Below are positions 58,679 to 64,000 of a stretch of 64,000 nt of DNA, piece by piece; the first letter of the stretch is position 1; each line of letters starts with the position of its first letter. Origin of the DNA: Candidatus Bathyarchaeota archaeon (GTDB lineage: Archaea > Thermoproteota > CALKCG01 > B24 > DRYS01); contig JAGTQC010000004.1 in the NCBI GenBank assembly GCA_018396535.1, positions 32,001 to 96,000 on the forward strand, read 5' to 3'. The notes under the pieces are model-generated. The model worked only from the letters and a program-made list of their open reading frames with translations, was not told the origin of the DNA and searched no databases. The translations under genes and the position numbers were made by a program.

Positions 58679-59938
58679 ATGGCTAAACTCGCTATTAAAG
58701 GAGGTAGACCTGAAGCAGGAGAGTTGAAGAAGCTTATACCTCCATGGCCTCCTCTAAACGATAAGATAATTTCATCTCTGATTAAAGCTTTAGAGGATAG
58801 GCGTTGGTGTCGATTATACCCCGGCTCCCTATGTGAAAGGTTTGAGGAGAAGTTTGCTAAATTCCATGATGCTAAGTATGGTGTAGCAGTAGCTAACGGA
58901 ACCGTTGCGCTCGAACTCGCATTCAAAACGTTAGGGGTAGGCTATGGAGATGAGGTTATAGTACCTGCTGTTACATTCATAGCTACGGCTTCAGCTGTTA
59001 CAGAAGTTGGTGGTATACCTATATTCACAGATATAGATCCTGAAACAGCGGTTATATCACCTAAATCTCTTAGAGCTACGATAGAGGAGAGGATGGATAG
59101 GGGTGGAAGGGTTAAGGGTATTACTGTCGTACACTACGGAGGCTATCCCGTTGATATGGATTCTATACTCGATATAGCTAAGGAATACGGTTTATTCGTA
59201 GTAGAGGACTGCGCTCATGCTCATGGATCTGAATGGAGGGGGCGTAAAGTCGGAGCTATAGGTGATATGGGCTGCTTCAGCTTCCAGGAGAGTAAATCTA
59301 TGACCGCCGGTGAGGGTGGTATAGTCATAACGAATAGAGACGATCTGATAGATAAGGCTAGACTCATACATAATATAGGTAGGGTTGTAGGTAAGCCAGG
59401 CTACATACACTATATACTATCGTCGAATTACAGGATGACAGAGCTTCAAGCAGCGATACTATTAGAGGTTTTAGAGATGTATCCGGAGCAGCTTAGATTT
59501 AAACATGAAATCGGTGAGTATCTAGCATCTAAGCTATCCAAGATAGGTGGTGTAGATCCTTTAAGGAGAGATCCACGTATAACTATGAGAGGCTACTACT
59601 ACTTCGTCATAAGGTATAATCCTAGGGAATTCGAGGATCTTCCTAAAGAGAGGTTTATAGAAGCTTTAAGAGCTGAAGGCGTACCTGCAAGCGTAGGCTA
59701 TGGTATGCCTCTATACAGGCAGCCAGCCTTCACTAGGGAGAGGCTTATAGAATCTGTATCTAAGGAGTTGGTGGAGCGTATGCCTAGATACGAGGATATC
59801 TACCTACCTGGAGCTGAATCCTTCTGCTCTTCAGAAGTAACACTTCCACATCAAGTCTTATTAGCTGGTAAGGATGGAGCTGATCTAATCGTAGCTGCTA
59901 TAGAGAAGATTAAGGAAAATGTATACGAGCTCCTATAA
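58679..59938 (+). CDS. DegT/DnrJ/EryC1/StrS PLP aminotransferase (RifK/BtrR-like)
   Basis: LA..GG.P...WP, ANGT.AL, TFIATA, VHYGG, EDCAHAHG, FSFQESKSMTAGEGG, NYRMTELQAA; ATG 58679 follows AGGTGG. Confidence 0.9.
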   Translation: MAKLAIKGGRPEAGELKKLIPPWPPLNDKIISSLIKALEDRRWCRLYPGSLCERFEEKFAKFHDAKYGVAVANGTVALELAFKTLGVGYGDEVIVPAVTFIATASAVTEVGGIPIFTDIDPETAVISPKSLRATIEERMDRGGRVKGITVVHYGGYPVDMDSILDIAKEYGLFVVEDCAHAHGSEWRGRKVGAIGDMGCFSFQESKSMTAGEGGIVITNRDDLIDKARLIHNIGRVVGKPGYIHYILSSNYRMTELQAAILLEVLEMYPEQLRFKHEIGEYLASKLSKIGGVDPLRRDPRITMRGYYYFVIRYNPREFEDLPKERFIEALRAEGVPASVGYGMPLYRQPAFTRERLIESVSKELVERMPRYEDIYLPGAESFCSSEVTLPHQVLLAGKDGADLIVAAIEKIKENVYELL

Positions 59939-59966
59939 TCCAGTACATACCGTATGGTGTAGATCT

Positions 59967-60416
59967 ATGAGGATAGCCGTAGGCTCAGACGATGCGTATA
60001 GTATAGCTAGGTTCATCTACGAGTATGTTAGATCTAAGGGTTATGATGTTATAGCTATAGGAGCTCTTAAGACTGGGAAACCTGAATCATGGGTTAGAGT
60101 CGGGTTCGAAGTTGCTAGATGCATAGCTGATCGTATAGCTGATACAGGTATACTATTATGCTATACTGGTACAGGCGTATGTATCGCAGCTAACAAGGTT
60201 AGAGGGGTTAGAGCTGCTCTAGTATTCGATGCTACAACCGCTAGGTATGCTAGGTTATGGAACGATGCTAACATCCTCGTATTAAGTGCTAGGCTAGTTT
60301 CTGAAGAAGTGGCGAGGGAGATAGTGGATGCATGGCTTTCTATAGATAAGCCTGATCCAAGCGAATCAGAGAATATTATGTTGCTAGATAGGTTGGATAT
60401 AGATAGATGCTTGTAG
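59967..60416 (+). CDS. rpiB: RpiB/LacA/LacB family sugar-phosphate isomerase
   Basis: MRIAVGSD, GILLCYTGTGV.IAANKV.GVRAAL, AR.WNDANIL. Confidence 0.88.
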   Translation: MRIAVGSDDAYSIARFIYEYVRSKGYDVIAIGALKTGKPESWVRVGFEVARCIADRIADTGILLCYTGTGVCIAANKVRGVRAALVFDATTARYARLWNDANILVLSARLVSEEVAREIVDAWLSIDKPDPSESENIMLLDRLDIDRCL

Positions 60417-60420
60417 ATCG

Positions 60421-61668
60421 TTAGTTAGCGATCGTATGGCTTCTAGAAGGTTTAACAGTAGATATGATAGCTAGCGAAGCTAGGATTACAGCTACAGCGG
60501 ATAGGGCTGCAGGACAGTATCCATACCCTTCGTATATCGGAGTGAATATTATGGGGCCTATAAATCCTCCTAAACCCATAAAGGTCCTGTATATACCTAG
60601 AGCGCTCCCCCTGAGATCTGGTGGAGCTATCTCTGAGAGTAGAACCATAAGCGATGTTAGGATCATCCCCCGTCCAAACCCTTCGATGAAAGCTATCGAT
60701 ACTATCGCTAGATAGGTGGAGCCGATCGTATAACCGTATAATCCTGCAGCTTCTAGTAGTAGACCTATAGTTATCATAGGCTTCCTACCTAGCTTATCGG
60801 ATAACCAACCTGAGATACCGGTAGATGTTATGATACCAAGCGTCCTTATAGCCATAACCACACCTATAAGCTCCACATCTATACCTAAATCCATATTCAG
60901 GTATAGTGGAAGAACTGTACCAGATACGCCATTCCATGTCAGCATCCTGGTGAGAGAGTTTATGTAAACAGCTGTCAAACTCCAGCTTCCAACTCCTGGT
61001 AGAACCCTCCTAATAGATGATATATCTAGGTGGATTCTATACCTCTCATAGCCTTCATTATGCTTTAGATCTCTAGATTTAGAAGCTATCATGAATGATG
61101 TAGAGGTTAGTATAGCTGATGATAGGAATACCCCTCTATAACCTATGTATCTCGACATAAATCCTCCTAGAGGTGCTCCTATAAAGCTTCCGATAAACTC
61201 TATAGATTGGAATGTTCCTAGAGCAGTACCTCTAACACTTTGATGAAATGTATCGAAGATTATCGCAGAACTACTCATAAAGTATAACCCAGTCCCAAGC
61301 CCCCATAAACCCCTACCAGCTATAAGCATGTATATGTTGATGGATGTAGAGCATAGAAGCGCACCGATCGATGATAAAGCTAAACCAGATACTAGTAGCT
61401 TATACCTACCTATCCTATCGGCTAGTATACCTGATGGTATCTCCGTGAATATTCTCGATAGAAACCATGCTGATGATACGAACCCGATCATCAACCCTGA
61501 TGGATCGAGCTCATGCGCATATATAGGTAGGAAGGATGAAGCTAGGCTCATACCCATGATCAAGGTTAACGATGAAGCTAGAAGTTCGAAGTAAGCCTTA
61601 GGATACGTTCTTAATAGGCTAACAGTACGTCTCGTAGATCCACCACCAGACTTTCTAGCTACGATCAA
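60421..61668 (-). CDS. Major facilitator superfamily transporter
   Basis: About 12 TM helices; motif A GILADRIGR and GWLSDKLGRK; RGTALG/RGSALG; start uncertain. Confidence 0.9.
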   Translation of the reverse strand: MIVARKSGGGSTRRTVSLLRTYPKAYFELLASSLTLIMGMSLASSFLPIYAHELDPSGLMIGFVSSAWFLSRIFTEIPSGILADRIGRYKLLVSGLALSSIGALLCSTSINIYMLIAGRGLWGLGTGLYFMSSSAIIFDTFHQSVRGTALGTFQSIEFIGSFIGAPLGGFMSRYIGYRGVFLSSAILTSTSFMIASKSRDLKHNEGYERYRIHLDISSIRRVLPGVGSWSLTAVYINSLTRMLTWNGVSGTVLPLYLNMDLGIDVELIGVVMAIRTLGIITSTGISGWLSDKLGRKPMITIGLLLEAAGLYGYTIGSTYLAIVSIAFIEGFGRGMILTSLMVLLSEIAPPDLRGSALGIYRTFMGLGGFIGPIIFTPIYEGYGYCPAALSAVAVILASLAIISTVKPSRSHTIAN

Positions 61669-61774
61669 TTAGAGTATATAAAGATCATCGATCCCTAAGC
61701 TACCCGATTATATGGGGGGCCTCTTACAGCTACATTTATACGTGTATATATAGCTATTATCGATCGGGTAGGCT

Positions 61775-62503
61775 ATGCTCATAGAAGTAAGGTTTGGCGG
61801 AGACTCGCTTATACTAGATGTGGATAGACGCTTCGATTCTATACTAGGTAGAGAACTACCTTTCACTACAACGTTGAATGTATGGAAGGAGGAGGTATAC
61901 TTCGAAACCCCTATCGAGATAGATGTTTCTGAGATGCGTAGCTTCATCAAGATCGAACCTGGTAAACTATACTATTGGCCTCCAGGTAGAGGATTCTGTA
62001 TATTCTACGGTTTCAGCCAACCGTATAGCCCTGTATACCATATAGGCTCCTATATAGGTGTGTTGAGTAGGCTTAGAACGGTTGAGGATGGCGTGGAGGC
62101 TATAGTTCAACAGTATAAGCCTATAGAATCGTATACGAGTTTGGTATCTCTACTCGAATCTATAGGGTTTAAAGCTGTTACAGCACTGTATGGGGGTGAA
62201 CCGGTAGTCGAATCTGTAGGATTCATCGAGGGTAGGAGGATAGCTTTCAAGATGTATGTAGAGGAGTATGGTATACATATAGAGGGGGAGCCAATCCTCC
62301 CTCAAAACTATACGCTTCAAACACTCAAATTTGTATCTATGCTATCAGATCTGCTAAGTCAAGAAGAGTATGTAAGACCGGATCTAGATGAGGATGGATG
62401 GATAACTATAACAGGCTATACTACGATTGATAGGATAGTAGAAGCAGTGGGAGAATTTAGTAGAGCATATCTTAAAGTGTTTAAGGCTATATCGCAGGTA
62501 TAG
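61775..62503 (+). CDS. Cyclophilin-like fold protein with extra C-terminal domain
   Basis: LPF.....W.EEVYF.TP, G.L.YWPPG..FCIF.G; about 120 aa additional alpha/beta C-terminal region. Confidence 0.75.
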   Translation: MLIEVRFGGDSLILDVDRRFDSILGRELPFTTTLNVWKEEVYFETPIEIDVSEMRSFIKIEPGKLYYWPPGRGFCIFYGFSQPYSPVYHIGSYIGVLSRLRTVEDGVEAIVQQYKPIESYTSLVSLLESIGFKAVTALYGGEPVVESVGFIEGRRIAFKMYVEEYGIHIEGEPILPQNYTLQTLKFVSMLSDLLSQEEYVRPDLDEDGWITITGYTTIDRIVEAVGEFSRAYLKVFKAISQV

Positions 62504-62509
62504 CCTTAA
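62481..62509. repeat. Perfect 11-bp inverted repeat spanning the stop codon (possible terminator or RNA hairpin)
   Basis: TTAAGGCTATA-TCGCAGG-TATAGCCTTAA. Confidence 0.55.
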
Positions 62510-62672
62510 GCTTAGAAGGATAGCTCCGCCAATATTATAGGATCAGTTTTAGGTTAGATTAATCTATCAGAATTATAGCTATCCGATTAAACCTAACCTA
62601 GATATAATCGATATTTTTAGTTAGAAAAGCTTTTACACAGCTCCCCATATGTCCTTAGGTCTCCGACCCCAC

Positions 62673-64000
62673 ATGGATTATAGAGCTGTAGCAGCGTTAG
62701 CTATATTCATATTCACACTCTACCTTATGGTTAGGAGACCGTATAGGATAAACCTAGGTCTAGCTTCAGGTATAGGTGCTATACTATCGCTTCTAGCTGG
62801 AACTGTTACACTGAGCGATGCTGTTACAGCGTTTATGGAGATAATGGATGCCGCCCTCGCCTTCATCGGTATAGTAGCCTTCTCTCTAATACTTGATTAC
62901 CTCGGATTCTTCAGATGGGCTGCTATAAAGGTTATCAAAGCTGCTAGCGGAGATGGGTTAAAGCTATACTTCTACACCTCTCTACTAACAGCTTTAGTAA
63001 GTATACTATTCGCTAACGATAGCGCGATACTAATACTCACACCTATAGTTGTAGAGGTTATAGATGAGTTGAGGATGGGATCGAAGGAGAGGCTCGCCTA
63101 CCTATTCGCTGCAGGCCTCATCGCAGATACAGCAGCTATGCCGCTAGTTACGAGTAATCCTGTGAATATAGTGAGCGCAGACTTCCTCTGTTATAGCTTC
63201 ATAGATCATGCCATCTTCATGGGTCCGGTAGCTTTAGCTACTATAGCTATGAGCTTGGTAATATTATACTGCTTCTTTAGGAGTAGTATACCGAGGAGGT
63301 ATACTACAGAAGCTATAGAGTGTTTAGATGCGGATCGTATAATCCATCCATCGATATTGAAGGTATGCATATCTACACTGGTAGCTGTGAACGTAGGCTA
63401 TATACTAGTATCGATTAATAGGCTACCAGTATCTATAGCTATATGTTCAGGTGCATTATCCCTACTCCTAACCTATATAGTAAACTCTAGGTTATCATCG
63501 GGTAGCTGCTACGAAGGGTTGAAAAGTATGGTTAGAGAGATTAACTGGGATATAGTAGTCTTCATGGCTAGCATATTCATAGTTGTTCAAGGTTTAAAGC
63601 ATATAGGCACTATAGAATTCTTCAAACGTATATTCCTAGAATCTCTAAAGCTACCAGGATTCCTCTCGATACTATCACCTAGTCTAGCGGTTACGGTAGG
63701 TGCTAGTATAATGAATAATTGGCCGATGACTATACTAGGGCTACTATCGATAAGAGATGTTTTAGGATACGGGTTAGATGATCATCATATAGCGGGTCTA
63801 GTATTCTCGAATATCATAGGGAATAATCTAGGTCCGCATTTCTTCCCACTAGGATCTCTAGCGATAATAATGTGGATGGAAACTATGCGTAGGAAGGGGT
63901 TGAGTATAAGACTTAGAGACTATCTAAAGGTAGGATCGGTTGTATCGATAATAGAGGTTACGGTATCATCTATAATTCTATGGGTTGAGATAAGTATACT
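62673..64000 (+). CDS. arsB: ArsB/NhaD family (arsenite efflux-like) membrane transporter, 3'-truncated by window edge
   Basis: Not in ORF track; manual translation gives MDYRAVAALAIFIFTLYLMVRRP...SLILDYLGFFRWAA...LFANDSAILILTPIV...IADTAAMPLVTSNPVNIV...MNNWP...GNNLGP..FPLGSLA..MW; alternative ATG 62649. Confidence 0.88.
   Translation, partial: MDYRAVAALAIFIFTLYLMVRRPYRINLGLASGIGAILSLLAGTVTLSDAVTAFMEIMDAALAFIGIVAFSLILDYLGFFRWAAIKVIKAASGDGLKLYFYTSLLTALVSILFANDSAILILTPIVVEVIDELRMGSKERLAYLFAAGLIADTAAMPLVTSNPVNIVSADFLCYSFIDHAIFMGPVALATIAMSLVILYCFFRSSIPRRYTTEAIECLDADRIIHPSILKVCISTLVAVNVGYILVSINRLPVSIAICSGALSLLLTYIVNSRLSSGSCYEGLKSMVREINWDIVVFMASIFIVVQGLKHIGTIEFFKRIFLESLKLPGFLSILSPSLAVTVGASIMNNWPMTILGLLSIRDVLGYGLDDHHIAGLVFSNIIGNNLGPHFFPLGSLAIIMWMETMRRKGLSIRLRDYLKVGSVVSIIEVTVSSIILWVEISI

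Noticed and set aside
4339-61950. Dozens of short ORFs in the ORF track overlapping larger genes (e.g. 4339-4683, 6610-7089, 18477-18962, 35014-35472, 51380-51904, 57628-58119)
   Set aside because: Antisense or off-frame shadows of well-supported genes; Ser/Ile/Leu/Pro-rich with no motifs.
1-64000. CRISPR arrays, rRNA genes, transposases, inteins, tRNA introns
   Set aside because: No regularly spaced repeats, rRNA-like tracts, transposase motifs, oversized conserved proteins or BHB introns seen.

Overview
64 kb of a gene-dense, moderately AT-rich archaeal chromosome. Archaeal markers include eL15, eS24, S27ae, Rpo7/Spt4, aIF1A-Rio1-Dim2-TopoVI, archaeal PEP carboxylase, geranylgeranyl reductase, CofE and CTP-dependent riboflavin kinase. 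A TACK/Thermoproteota-type heterotroph is plausible, but that is inference. The window holds about 62 CDS, two convergent tRNAs (Asn-GTT, Glu-TTC) enclosing a small decaying island, and one probable box C/D guide sRNA. I saw no CRISPR array, rRNA, integrase or transposase. The main candidate for an undescribed system is a four-gene locus at 28.5-32.3 kb: a lysine-type 2,3-aminomutase, two D-Ala-D-Ala-ligase-like ATP-grasp enzymes with non-canonical active sites, and a translationally coupled YkgJ/FliB-like Cys-cluster protein. Together these suggest beta-lysine-containing peptide or amide synthesis in an organism that should lack peptidoglycan. The second candidate is a sugar cluster at 55.2-61.7 kb (EryC-like epimerase, atypical class I aldolase, FGGY kinase, RifK/BtrR-like aminotransferase, RpiB lacking the ring-opening His, MFS), which points to an uncharacterised amino-polyol or tetrose pathway. 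Other oddities are an inverted rps11 breaking the S13-S4-S11 operon, a methanogen-type SerRS, a DUF1854-ABC exporter pair, a glycogen cluster with a degenerate phosphomutase fusion, and abrupt local G+T/A+C skew switches. All family calls come from motif recognition; no database searches were run.
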